Shown: positions 50,289-59,613, counted from the first letter of the stretch. The stretch: 64,000 nucleotides of DNA from Candidatus Doudnabacteria bacterium RIFCSPHIGHO2_01_FULL_46_24 (GCA_001777575.1 MFEL01000018.1:72264-136263), one strand, 5' to 3'. The notes: generated by a model not told the origin, from the letters alone. Program-made: numbers and translations.

Positions 50289-51833
50289 TCACCGCGAGGC
50301 GGTGGCTTTTTGATAGACAACTGTGAAGAACTGCTCCCACTCGGGGTGGACCACGACGTGAATCGTGTCCTGCGACCCTTCGGGGATGAACGCCAACATG
50401 CCCACACTCTCAAGGTCCGAGAGTATGAACAACAGATCGCGGCGGTAGGCCGAGGACTTGCCTTTGAGGGGCAAATCGAACGCCTTGCCGATGGTGTGAG
50501 TCGGGAGTGCCGTGCGGGCGTTGGGGTTGCTTCCCTGCAGCCGCCCCTGGTATTCCTCGCTGCGCACCAGACTGTTGACTTCGATTGCCTGGAAGTTGCG
50601 GCCGGCAAGCAGCCGCGCCTCATTGGCGATGTAGATCAGCAGCCCGACCGTGGCCGGCTCCGAAGCGACGTACGCCTGCCGATTTTTCGGATCCCTCTCC
50701 GCAATCGGTGACTTACCAGCCAACCGCGGCGACAGTCCGTACTGAGCGTACGGGACCGGCAGGGGTACCAATCGCCGCTCTGCGGTGACAGAGCCAGTCG
50801 CTTGGCGCGTGGCCTCCTGGATCGCCGCCAAGTCCTCAAACTTGAGCTGTTCAACCTGCTCGGGCGTGAAGAAGGTCCACATGCGGCTGGGGGCCACCCG
50901 GTCGTCAAAGCGGTTGCGGTGAAGCGCAAACCGCTTGGCGTACGAACTGGGGTCCTTGCGGAAGTTGGCCAGCAGCTCCCACGCCTTGATGACGCGGGGA
51001 TAGTAGGTCTTGCCGAAGTCCGGCAGACGTTGGAGAGCCGAATACACCCCGGTTCGATAGTAGGGAGTGTTGCCGAAGTACACCGAGGCGTAGCTCAAAC
51101 CGTGACGCTTGATTGCCGCCGCAGCCGTACTACTGTTCACCGAGCCACCGGCTGCCGCAGACAACACCCGCAACACTCGACCCATGCCGTCGTGGTATTC
51201 CTGGACGGCAAAATCTCCGCGGTTGCCGAACAGTCGGATGGTGCGGCTAAACCTGCGCGCCATAGCCGGAATGATTTTCTCCGGCATGAGCCGCTCGTCA
51301 TAAACCACCACGTCCCCATAAACCGGCTTTGTCACTGCCGGAATCAGGCGGCGGTTTTTGCCAGTCCCAACCCAGCGCGCCTTGCGCGTGACGCGCGTGC
51401 CAATCTGCCTCCGCTCGGTCTTGATAACCAGGCCTTCCTCTTTGGCCGAGGCGCGGGAGAATTGTCCAAGGCCACGAGGTCCGGTCGGCGATTGTGCATC
51501 TGCCTCGCAGTAGCTTTCGACGAAAGCTACGGACGCGAGCAGGAACGGATCGATTCGCGGAGTGACTGAAGTACTGCCAGACTCGAAGAGCGGCCAGTAC
51601 TTCATGCACCTCGCCGGCGCGCCTTCAGCCTTGGGGTGCCGCAGCAGCCAGAACTCTTGGGCGTCTTGCAGCAGCCTCATCCGCGCCTCGAGCAATTGAG
51701 GCGTGAGCTTCTCCCGATCCTTGCCCACTCCGACAATGCGATCGAAGGAGGAGGCGTGCAGTGCAACGATGCCGGCAAGCATAACTATTGCCAGTATCAG
51801 CAGTTTCTTCATTGTCTCCTCCTCTGGAAACAA
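50289..51833 (-). CDS. secreted cell-wall hydrolase: lytic transglycosylase (SLT) domain plus a C-terminal M15/VanY-like (LAS) peptidase motif
   Basis: Signal peptide, an SLT core (ASVAFVESYCEADAQSPTGPRGLGQF, the E-S...GLxQ pattern), and C-terminal THTIGKAFDL (SxHxxGxAxD-like) and DTIHVVVHPEWE. GC content is much higher than the flanks. Confidence 0.45.
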   Translation of the reverse strand: MFPEEETMKKLLILAIVMLAGIVALHASSFDRIVGVGKDREKLTPQLLEARMRLLQDAQEFWLLRHPKAEGAPARCMKYWPLFESGSTSVTPRIDPFLLASVAFVESYCEADAQSPTGPRGLGQFSRASAKEEGLVIKTERRQIGTRVTRKARWVGTGKNRRLIPAVTKPVYGDVVVYDERLMPEKIIPAMARRFSRTIRLFGNRGDFAVQEYHDGMGRVLRVLSAAAGGSVNSSTAAAAIKRHGLSYASVYFGNTPYYRTGVYSALQRLPDFGKTYYPRVIKAWELLANFRKDPSSYAKRFALHRNRFDDRVAPSRMWTFFTPEQVEQLKFEDLAAIQEATRQATGSVTAERRLVPLPVPYAQYGLSPRLAGKSPIAERDPKNRQAYVASEPATVGLLIYIANEARLLAGRNFQAIEVNSLVRSEEYQGRLQGSNPNARTALPTHTIGKAFDLPLKGKSSAYRRDLLFILSDLESVGMLAFIPEGSQDTIHVVVHPEWEQFFTVVYQKATASR

Positions 51834-52005
51834 AAAGGTGCCCGGACCTATTCCGGAACACCAAATCCTAGCATTTTAGGCCTCTTTCGTCAAGCACTGC
51901 TCTTGACAAATTGGCCAGAAAGGAGTATACTTAGGGGTTTCAAGCTGCCCATGCAACAGGAGAGCTTGGAACAGCAGATTTCAATATAGAAGGGGGGGAT
52001 ATTTT

Positions 52006-52269
52006 TTGAAGGCAAGAGGGCGACCGGCGTGCGCCGGGTATGTCGTGGGCTTTGAAGTTTCCAAGCATGATCCAACGCGGGTCAATTGGAAAGTCAAAGT
52101 CCAGGCCGGCCCTCGAGCGCTCGTCGGCAAGAAGTTCTGCATTGAGTCGCACCACGTGCCCAAGAACATTCACGAGGGCATGGACGTGTTGTTCGATGTG
52201 GACGACCACGGGGTAGGGAAACCGGTGGCGATCAACGTGTTCCGCGTGGTGATCGTCGCCAACCGTTAA
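52006..52269 (+). CDS. small hypothetical protein in the GC-rich island (TTG start)
   Basis: A G-rich Shine-Dalgarno-like tract precedes the TTG start. No motif recognised. Confidence 0.25.
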   Translation: MKARGRPACAGYVVGFEVSKHDPTRVNWKVKVQAGPRALVGKKFCIESHHVPKNIHEGMDVLFDVDDHGVGKPVAINVFRVVIVANR

Positions 52270-52312
52270 CCGCTCGGGTAGTCCCGCACAAGGCGGGACA
52301 AGGAGAGCAGAG

Positions 52313-53194
52313 ATGAAGCGATTCACGTCGTTCCTCGTCGTCCTGGCCGTGCTGTGCATGGCCAACCTCGCGTTCGCGCAGGCCAACCCGGCAGGGCTGC
52401 CGACCGGTCCCTCGACCGGCGGCGTGAACCCCGCGCAGACGCCGCCCACCGCGACCTCGCCGGACGCCGTGCGCCAGGCCATGGCTGACAAGGCCAAGGC
52501 CGACGCGACCGAGAAGGCGACCAAGGACAAGGCGGCCATCGATGCGCGTCTCTCGATCGCAACGGCGCAGGCCGAGGCGGACAAGGCTGCGGTCGATTCG
52601 CGACTCGCGGTTCTCAACGCGCAGATTGACGGGCAGCTCAGCACGAACGCCCCGATCAATGTGGCCGGCGTGAACCTCACGACGACCATGACAGCGGCCG
52701 TCCCGAGCGAGAGCGACCCGCTGTTCCGGTCGTTCCTCCGCGGCATGGCCGAGGAGTACGGGGTCAACTACAACGACCTCGTTAAACTCCTGCAGTCCCG
52801 GAAGGCCGGCACGTCGAAGCAGGCCGTTGAGACGCTCTTCGCCGCGCGGGAGAAGAGCTTCAGCGACCGCATCGAGCAGCGGCTCGCCGAGCTCGCGACC
52901 AAGGCCGAGGTCAATACCCTCGGCTCGCGCATCAACGGCGCGGCAACGGAAGCCGCAACGGCCATCGCCGCGGCGGACACAGCTTCCAACGACGCCGCAT
53001 TCGCCCTCGAGGGTGTCGGCGTCATCACCAACGCCCTCAACCGGGCGACGGTGACGGAGCGGAGACCGACGCCGGTGCTGTCGATTTTCGGCCACAGTAA
53101 GGCTGTGGAGCGGCCGTTGTTCGAGGATCCCCTCGTCATCGACCGCGTCGTCGCGCGAATCGCCGCGCTCAGGAAGACGGGCGTCATCAAGTAG
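52313..53194 (+). CDS. secreted Ala/Thr-rich hypothetical protein (GC-rich island)
   Basis: Signal peptide (MKRFTSFLVVLAVLCMANLAFAQA), a low-complexity Ala-rich N-terminal half, and a strong terminator downstream. Confidence 0.45.
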   Translation: MKRFTSFLVVLAVLCMANLAFAQANPAGLPTGPSTGGVNPAQTPPTATSPDAVRQAMADKAKADATEKATKDKAAIDARLSIATAQAEADKAAVDSRLAVLNAQIDGQLSTNAPINVAGVNLTTTMTAAVPSESDPLFRSFLRGMAEEYGVNYNDLVKLLQSRKAGTSKQAVETLFAAREKSFSDRIEQRLAELATKAEVNTLGSRINGAATEAATAIAAADTASNDAAFALEGVGVITNALNRATVTERRPTPVLSIFGHSKAVERPLFEDPLVIDRVVARIAALRKTGVIK

Positions 53195-53242
53195 TAGGCC
53201 TAATCGCGGACTCTATATCCGCGAACAGGTCTCGAAGTGTGA

Positions 53243-53283
53243 CAGAAGGCAATCCCACAGTGGATTGCCTTCTTCTTTTTGTG
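53243..53283 (+). terminator. rho-independent terminator (gaaggcaatcc-acagt-ggattgccttc followed by TTCTTTTTG)
   Basis: 11-bp perfect stem, 5-nt loop, and a T-run. Confidence 0.75.
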
Positions 53284-53291
53284 CGCGGAAA

Positions 53292-53495
53292 TTAATGCTT
53301 AAATTTCCGGCAGGTGTTTATGAGAACTTCATAAACCCCTTCACGATTTTCGAGTAAATCATTATTCCAAAACCTAAATTCTGTTATTTTATAAGCACTC
53401 AAAATGCTCCAAAGAATTCGCTCGCAATCAGTTTGGGTTTTCCTTAACTGCCGACGGCGGTCCTTGAAATTGGCTTTGTTATATACTACTCCCAT
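53292..53495 (-). pseudogene. truncated DUF559-family (endonuclease-domain) gene fragment
   Basis: The 67-aa ORF carries the DUF559 N-terminal signature (LRKTQTDCERILWSIL) but is about half the normal length. Confidence 0.4.
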
Positions 53496-53565
53496 TTATT
53501 TGCTTTAAACACAACTCCCCCGCTAGGGTTTTGGCTTTAGTGCCTAAGGCATTGCGGCGGAGTTC

Positions 53566-54771
53566 TTACTTTATTTGATTCTCTTCCACCTTCAAGACCT
53601 GCGCATCCTCGGCCAATTTCGGCAAGTGATGTTCTTCCGTGGAGGTGATGAAGATCTGGTGCCCGCTTAAATTTTCCAAAAGCTTGGCCCGCCGGGTTTC
53701 ATCCAATTCCGAGAAAACATCGTCAAGTAAAATGATCGGCGGCTTTCGGTGCTGGTCCAAAAACCTGGCTTCCAGAAGTTTCAGGGCCAGGACTTGCGCG
53801 CGCAATTCGCCCTGCGAAGAATTATTGAGGTTATGCTCACCGTCTTTTTTGAACATGAAATCTTCGCGGTGCGGACCCGCAAGGTTTTGCCCCAGCCGAA
53901 TTTCCTGCGGGCGCAATTTTCTTAACTGCCCCAAAAACTCTTCCTTACTCGGGGCTGCAGGCGCATACTCGATCTCAAACTTATTCTCAAACCCGGTCAG
54001 GTTCTTAAGAATTCCAGGCAGGCCCTGCTTAAGAAACTCCGCCAGAACGGATCTGGCCGCGTCAATCTTCACTGATATCTCAGCCAGTTGCTCGTCCCAC
54101 AGTCCCAGTTCGCTCTCTTGAGCGCGGCGCTCGAACAATTGCTCCAAAAGCGCTTTGCGCTGTTTGAGCACGTAATCCAAAGACACCAAGTCAGCCGCGT
54201 ACTCGCTGAAGGTTTGGGCCAGGGTTTCGTCCAGGAATCTTCTTCTGAGGCTGGGCCCGAGGCTGAATAAGTTTAAGTCCGGCGGAATAAACAGCACCGC
54301 GGCAAACGAGCGCCAGAGCTGGCGGGAAACTTTCTGCCCGTTAATTTTGAACGCGCGCCTAAGGACGGGCTTGGTTTGGACTATGGCTTCAAGTTCCAGG
54401 CCATCCCGGACTTGACGTGTCCCAGACCCCGATCCGGGATCCGGGATCCTATCATGACCCCTGTCAAGATCCCCGATTTCTCCCCAAGTCCTCGCCTCGG
54501 GGATGGACATAAAGGGAGAGCCTGTTCCTTGCGTCGGGGGTGGGGCGCTGTGCATGCGGGCTCCAACCCTAAAAAAATCCTCTCCTTTTTTGACCAATAC
54601 CTGGTCCGCCGCGCGAAAGGATCTAAGCGCGGAAAGATAATAAATGCTTTCCAGAAAATTGGTTTTACCCGAAGCGTTCTCCCCCAAAATCAAAACGAGA
54701 TCGGAGTTTATCGCGACCTCAGCTTTTGAGTAATTTCTAAAATTATCTAAGGTAATTTGAGTTAATCGCAT
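53566..54771 (-). CDS. recF: DNA replication and repair protein RecF (with an internal insertion of about 40 aa)
   Basis: GENASGKTNFLE Walker A, ABC signature-like and Walker B/D-loop regions (ILLDDVFSELD). Extra Pro/Gly-rich segment at about aa 70-135. Confidence 0.8.
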   Translation of the reverse strand: MRLTQITLDNFRNYSKAEVAINSDLVLILGENASGKTNFLESIYYLSALRSFRAADQVLVKKGEDFFRVGARMHSAPPPTQGTGSPFMSIPEARTWGEIGDLDRGHDRIPDPGSGSGTRQVRDGLELEAIVQTKPVLRRAFKINGQKVSRQLWRSFAAVLFIPPDLNLFSLGPSLRRRFLDETLAQTFSEYAADLVSLDYVLKQRKALLEQLFERRAQESELGLWDEQLAEISVKIDAARSVLAEFLKQGLPGILKNLTGFENKFEIEYAPAAPSKEEFLGQLRKLRPQEIRLGQNLAGPHREDFMFKKDGEHNLNNSSQGELRAQVLALKLLEARFLDQHRKPPIILLDDVFSELDETRRAKLLENLSGHQIFITSTEEHHLPKLAEDAQVLKVEENQIK

Positions 54772-54835
54772 AATATCCTAGTATCTTGATATCCCAATAT
54801 CGATATTAGGATACTGAGATATTTAGATATTGACT

Positions 54836-55930
54836 CTAGAGTTTAATCGGCATGACGATGTAGAGGTAATTGTCGCGGCCCTCGGGGACAATTTGAGCAG
54901 GCGACGCGTCATTGATCATCCGAAACACCACTTTCGGCTCAGCCAGATTGTTCAGGCAGTCAAGCATGTACCGGAAATTAAACGTTGCCGTATTTTTCTC
55001 GCCCGTAACCTTAGCTGAAACCTTGGTCACGTTTTCACCGGCTTGCGCGGAAGAGGCATTAACCGTTACCCCGTCTTTATCCACGCTGATTTGGACATTG
55101 TTCGATTCTGGCGCAAATAAACTGGCGGCCTTAAGCGCATGTGTCAAATCATCTTTGGACAACCCCGCCTCGGTCTTAAACTCTTTGGGGATGATTTGGC
55201 GGTAATCCGGATAATTTCCGTCAATCAGGCGCGAGATTATTTCGGTTTCGTCGAATTTGAACAGAACTTGGGTTTCTGAAAAATAAATCTCAACCATGCC
55301 CTTGCTGCTGCCGAGGATTTTGTAAAGCTCCATGACAGTGCGGGACGGCACAATGGCTTCGCGGGAAGCGCTGACTGGTTGGTCCAAAACCACCATTCTT
55401 TCAGCCAACCGGTAGCGGTCAGTGGCGGCAAGCCTAAGTTTACCCTCTTCGAACGCCATAAAAATTCCGGAAATTTCCGGCTGGGTTTCGTTTTGAGAGG
55501 AGGCCCAGACGGTTTCAGAAAGCGCTTTCCTCAACTCTTCGCTGTCGATTTTGGTGTAAGCTTCATCTAAAACTTGGGGGATAAGCGGGAAGTCTTCGGA
55601 CGAAAGCCCGCGAATATTGGTATGGTAATTCTCCGATTCCAGGCTTAGGGTGGTGTCTTTAACACTCATAGTCACCTTGTCCGTTGGCAGGTTAGTGATA
55701 TATTCATTTATCAGCCGCGCTGGAACCGTCAGCGCCCCCTCCTCCTCCACCTTGCCGCCGATCCACGTGTTGACCCCAATTTCTAAATTAGTAGAGGAAA
55801 GTTTAAGCCGCCCTTGGTCGGTTTTGAGTAAAATATTATTAAGTACGGCCAGAGAGTTGCCGCTGCCCACCACCCGGCTGACCGCAAACAGACCTTTTTT
55901 TAAGTTATCCTTAGTGCATACTAACTTCAT
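54836..55930 (-). CDS. dnaN: DNA polymerase III beta sliding clamp
   Basis: 364-aa ORF with a three-domain clamp pattern (MKLVCTKDNLKKGL...). Confidence 0.9.
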   Translation of the reverse strand: MKLVCTKDNLKKGLFAVSRVVGSGNSLAVLNNILLKTDQGRLKLSSTNLEIGVNTWIGGKVEEEGALTVPARLINEYITNLPTDKVTMSVKDTTLSLESENYHTNIRGLSSEDFPLIPQVLDEAYTKIDSEELRKALSETVWASSQNETQPEISGIFMAFEEGKLRLAATDRYRLAERMVVLDQPVSASREAIVPSRTVMELYKILGSSKGMVEIYFSETQVLFKFDETEIISRLIDGNYPDYRQIIPKEFKTEAGLSKDDLTHALKAASLFAPESNNVQISVDKDGVTVNASSAQAGENVTKVSAKVTGEKNTATFNFRYMLDCLNNLAEPKVVFRMINDASPAQIVPEGRDNYLYIVMPIKL

Positions 55931-56108
55931 AAATTTATAAAATGATAATGATAATAGAAACTGTTAATTTGTGTATTTGTTAAAATTATCTATTGACGAA
56001 TTGCGAATTAACGAATTAATTATTTGAATTACTGTTTTTATTTTGGGTGTAAGTTGGGTATAAAAAACCGAAATCCGAAACCCGAAATTTTTAATTCACA
56101 ATTTATCC
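55931..56108. promoter_or_regulatory. AT-rich dnaA-dnaN intergenic region with CGAATT and CCGAAAT tandem repeats; candidate DNA unwinding element and oriC component
   Basis: The 178-bp spacer is strongly AT-rich and contains cgaattgcgaattaacgaattaatt and ccgaaatccgaaacccgaaat. A DnaA-box-like aatttatccc is also present. Confidence 0.4.
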
Positions 56109-57443
56109 CTATGGCATATACAACCTATCCTTAATCAAATCAATCTCCTGTTTGAGGCTGTTGCGCTCTTTCATGTGCCGCTCGATCTTGTCGACGGCGT
56201 GGATGACTGTGGTGTGATCGCGGCCGCCAAAGAATTCGCCGATGGACGGCAGGGACGTTTCCAATTCGCGGCGGATGATGAACATGGCGATTTGTCTTGG
56301 ATTGACGTACTCCTTCTTTCTTGACTGTTTGAGCAGGTCTTCCACGGAAACATTGTAGAAATCCGCCACCACCTCAATGATTTTTTTGGCGGAAATCCCG
56401 CGTTTTTTGGGTGGGGTGATGACGTTAACTAGGATACTTTTGACCTGTTCGATGGTCGGGTTGGTGTTGTTGAGTTGGCAGTAAACCATGAGCCGGTTTA
56501 AGGCCCCCTCCAGTTCGCGGATGTTGCTCTGGATGGTTTCCGCGATGTAAGTTAGGATTTCCGGCTCAATGTTATAATTTTTTTCCCGGGCTTTGGTTCT
56601 TAAAATTGCCAAGCGGGTTTCCAGATCCGGCGCTTGGATATCCGCCACCATCCCCCATTCAAATCGGGACACCAGCCGCTCTTCAATGGCTGGAATTTCC
56701 TTCGGCAGCCGATCCGAAGTCATGACCACCTGCTTGTTGTTTTGGTGCAGCGCGTTGAAAGTGTGAAAAAATTCTTCTTGTGTGCCTTCGCGGCCGGCCA
56801 GAAACTGGATATCATCCACCAACAACACATCGACGTTGCGGTAAAGGGATTTGAAAGTGTTGGTTTTGCCTGCAGAAACGGCAGTCACGAATTCATTGGT
56901 GAATCTTTCCGAGGTTACGTATAAAACCTTGGCTTCCGGGGTTTTTTTAAGCACCTCTGCCCCGACAGCTTGCATTAAATGGGTTTTGCCCAACCCCACG
57001 CCCCCATAGATGAACAGCGGGTTGTAGATTTGCCCGGGCTTTTTGCTGACTGCCTGGGAGGCGGCGTGCGCCAATTGGTTGTTGGAGCCGACGACAAAAC
57101 TGGTAAAGGTGTATTTGGGGTTGAGGTTTTGGTTTTCCGCTCGTTTGGCAGATTGGGGCCTGACCACCTCTTTGGTTGCGGGCAGCGGCATGGCTGAGGG
57201 GCTGACAATCTGATACTTAACCTCTTTGATTTCCGGAGAAATGGTTTTGAGCGCTTTCAGGATCTCTTGGTGATACTTGTTCTGCAGCCACTCTTTGGAA
57301 AATGCGCTCGGCACGCCAACCGCAATTCCGATTTCACTCTTTTCAATAATTGAGGTGTGCTTAAACCATGTGGTGAAATTAGCTTTGCTTAAAGTTAACT
57401 CCAAATTTCCCAGTATTGCCTGCCAAAGTTGCTGATTAGTCAT
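56109..57443 (-). CDS. dnaA: chromosomal replication initiator protein DnaA
   Basis: AAA+ motifs (GGVGLGKTHLMQAVG, LLVDDIQF), and a C-terminal domain IV DNA-binding signature. Confidence 0.95.
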   Translation of the reverse strand: MTNQQLWQAILGNLELTLSKANFTTWFKHTSIIEKSEIGIAVGVPSAFSKEWLQNKYHQEILKALKTISPEIKEVKYQIVSPSAMPLPATKEVVRPQSAKRAENQNLNPKYTFTSFVVGSNNQLAHAASQAVSKKPGQIYNPLFIYGGVGLGKTHLMQAVGAEVLKKTPEAKVLYVTSERFTNEFVTAVSAGKTNTFKSLYRNVDVLLVDDIQFLAGREGTQEEFFHTFNALHQNNKQVVMTSDRLPKEIPAIEERLVSRFEWGMVADIQAPDLETRLAILRTKAREKNYNIEPEILTYIAETIQSNIRELEGALNRLMVYCQLNNTNPTIEQVKSILVNVITPPKKRGISAKKIIEVVADFYNVSVEDLLKQSRKKEYVNPRQIAMFIIRRELETSLPSIGEFFGGRDHTTVIHAVDKIERHMKERNSLKQEIDLIKDRLYMP

Positions 57444-57621
57444 AAGTTAGGTCAACCGTCATTTTAGCAGATTAGTTATCAACATGTAAATCCTGAAATT
57501 TTGGCTAATCTTAGCCTAAATTATTTTAGAGTGTTAATAAAGTGTGGAATGCTGGTTGAAAGCTTGTGTGAGCGGCAGCCTAGGTGACAAAAACGAGAAA
57601 ATTTAGTATAATCATCTGGCT
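57444..57621. promoter_or_regulatory. dnaA-rpmH divergent intergenic region with DnaA-box-like sequences (GTTATCAACA; GTGTGGAAT) and the rpmH promoter GTGACA, 17-bp spacer, TATAAT (57584-57612)
   Basis: Read directly. rpmH and dnaA diverge here, and gene orientation switches from predominantly minus to plus. Confidence 0.45.
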
Positions 57622-57756
57622 ATGCAACCGACATATAGGCCGAAAAAATTGAGAAGAAAGCGTGTGCATGGGTTCCGAGCTCGCATGAAAAGCCGAGCCG
57701 GCCGCTTGGTTTTGTCGCGCCGACGCGCCAAGGGCCGGAAGCGGCTGACAGTTTGA
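57622..57756 (+). CDS. rpmH: 50S ribosomal protein L34
   Basis: The 44-aa [47 protein letters not shown] was found by hand; it is below the 60-aa cutoff of the track. It matches the universal bL34 pattern and shares an ATGA-type overlap with rnpA. Confidence 0.85.
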   Translation: MQPTYRPKKLRRKRVHGFRARMKSRAGRLVLSRRRAKGRKRLTV

Positions 57757-58085
57757 TGAAGCCAATATTTCTTACAAGTAAAGCGGATTTCGAGAAATTC
57801 CGCACCAGCAAAGCGTTTTACAGCGAAGGCATGAAACTGCGGGTGGCTTGGTCGAACCAAAACTTTCCTCGTTTTGGTTTTATTATTCCAAAAAAAGTCC
57901 TGCCTAAAGTTTCCGACCGCAATAAGCTCAAGCGCCGCTTGCGCGCGATCATCCGCGCAAATTTGAGCCGGGTTGCCAGCAAAGACCTGCTCATTTTCCC
58001 GAAATCGGGCGCCATCAGAAAAACTTACAAGCAGTTAAATGCTGAATTTATTTCCCTTTTAACCCAAGCGAGATTATGGAAATGA
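57753..58085 (+). CDS. rnpA: ribonuclease P protein component
   Basis: 110-aa basic protein with RNR-like motif context ([11 protein letters not shown]), located downstream of rpmH. Confidence 0.8.
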   Translation: MMKPIFLTSKADFEKFRTSKAFYSEGMKLRVAWSNQNFPRFGFIIPKKVLPKVSDRNKLKRRLRAIIRANLSRVASKDLLIFPKSGAIRKTYKQLNAEFISLLTQARLWK

Positions 58086-58339
58086 ACACGGTTCAAGTAT
58101 TGAATAAAACACTGGCCCTGCCTATGGTTGGGGTGATTTATCTTTACCAAAAAACCCTCTCGCCTGATCATGGAATTTTTCGAAGCCGCTACCCCTATGG
58201 TTTTTGCAAGCATTACCCCAGCTGCTCCATGTATGCCAAACAGATTTTTATTAAGCGGGGCGTGCTGGGTTTGCCTCGCGTAATGCGCCGAATTATCTCG
58301 TGCAACCCCTGGAGCTTGGGAGGAATTGATTTGCCATGA
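58076..58339 (+). CDS. yidD: membrane protein insertion efficiency factor YidD
   Basis: C.HYPSCSMYA...GGIDL pattern, as in YidD. Confidence 0.8.
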   Translation: MEMNTVQVLNKTLALPMVGVIYLYQKTLSPDHGIFRSRYPYGFCKHYPSCSMYAKQIFIKRGVLGLPRVMRRIISCNPWSLGGIDLP

Positions 58340-59040
58340 TCAGTCAGATTTTTAATCAAGCTTTGGTTTATCCCCTGCTGAACCTGCTGGTGTTTTTTTA
58401 TAATTATATTCCGGACATCGGCGCGGTAATTATTATTTTGACCGTGATTGTCCGGCTGATTTTGTATCCGTCCTTCCACCGCTCACTTAAGCACCAGCGC
58501 GCGCTTTCCGCCCTGCAGCCCAAGATGAATGAGATCAAGGAGAAATACAAGGACAATAAAGAACAGCAGGCCAAGGCCATGATGGAACTGTACAGTGCCC
58601 ACAAAGTCAACCCGTTAAGCTCCTGTCTGCCGCTTTTGGTCCAACTGCCCATTTTGATTGCGCTTTATCAGGTGTTTATTCAAAGCCTCAACGGCGCTGG
58701 CTTGCAGGGCATTTACAATTTTATCCCAACGCCCGATAAGATTGATCCCATGTTTCTCAATTTTATTAACCTTAAGGACCGCAATGTCTGGATGCCGGCC
58801 ATTGCCGCCATCCTTCAGTACTTCCAAAGCAAGCTGACCCTGCCCAAGGCTTCCGGCGGAGACACCATGAGCAAAATGATGGCCATGCAAACCTTGTATA
58901 TGTTTCCAGTTTTGACTTTCTTCATCGGCTTGCAGTTCCCGGCCGGCCTTACGCTGTATTGGATAGTCACCACTCTTTTTGGCATCGGCCAGCAGTATTA
59001 CATTTTGCGTAAAGAAGCCAAGGAGGCATTGACATCATGA
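58336..59040 (+). CDS. yidC: membrane protein insertase YidC (short Gram-positive/CPR-type form)
   Basis: 234-aa ORF with 5 transmembrane helices and the YidC/Oxa1 core. ATGA overlap with yidD. Confidence 0.8.
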   Translation: MISQIFNQALVYPLLNLLVFFYNYIPDIGAVIIILTVIVRLILYPSFHRSLKHQRALSALQPKMNEIKEKYKDNKEQQAKAMMELYSAHKVNPLSSCLPLLVQLPILIALYQVFIQSLNGAGLQGIYNFIPTPDKIDPMFLNFINLKDRNVWMPAIAAILQYFQSKLTLPKASGGDTMSKMMAMQTLYMFPVLTFFIGLQFPAGLTLYWIVTTLFGIGQQYYILRKEAKEALTS

Positions 59041-59537
59041 ATGAGAAAGAGTTGATAAAACAACAGCTCCTGGACCTGCTCAAACACATGGGGTTTGATG
59101 CGGACATCCTGGAGCGACAGGAAGAGGGGCGGATGGTGTTTAACATCAAAACGCAAGATGCTCAGCTTTTGATTGGCAAGCAGGGGGCCAATCTTGAGGC
59201 GCTGCAGTACATCATTCGCGCCTTCAGCCGCAAAAATCCGGAGTCCGAGCGGTTCCCGTTCGCACTGGATGTGGATGATTACAAAGACAAGCGCGTGATT
59301 TATCTGAAAGAACTGGCGCGCCGCGCTGCGCACCAAGCGCGCAGCAGCAAGCGCAGCGTCGGCCTGCCGCTGATGCCGGCCTTTGAGCGCAAAGTCGTGC
59401 ATGACTACCTTTCACTATTTGCCGATATTTCCTCTGAAAGCCAGGGAATGGAGCCCAACCGCCGCGTGGTCATCCGAAACAAAAAATCTACCCCCCAGCA
59501 ACCCTCAGACGACTTCGTGTTTATAGAAAATTCCTAA
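59037..59537 (+). CDS. jag: Jag/KhpB-like RNA-binding protein (KH plus R3H domains)
   Basis: N-terminal Jag_N, a KH-like LIGKQGANLEALQYI segment, and a C-terminal R3H (RKVVHDYL). Confidence 0.75.
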   Translation: MNEKELIKQQLLDLLKHMGFDADILERQEEGRMVFNIKTQDAQLLIGKQGANLEALQYIIRAFSRKNPESERFPFALDVDDYKDKRVIYLKELARRAAHQARSSKRSVGLPLMPAFERKVVHDYLSLFADISSESQGMEPNRRVVIRNKKSTPQQPSDDFVFIENS

Positions 59538-59613
59538 ACCCGAGATTGACAAAATGATTGCTGGCGGTTAGCATTTAAATATACAAGGCGGCGGAAAGGC
59601 CGTTTTTGTATTT

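Noticed and set aside
50174-53190. Many overlapping track ORFs in all frames across the GC-rich island (for example 50174..50623, 50802..51569, 51940..52767, 52232..53095)
   Set aside because: High GC removes stop codons in all frames. Only the frames with a signal peptide plus recognisable domains (50289..51833, 52313..53194), and possibly 52006..52269, are credible.
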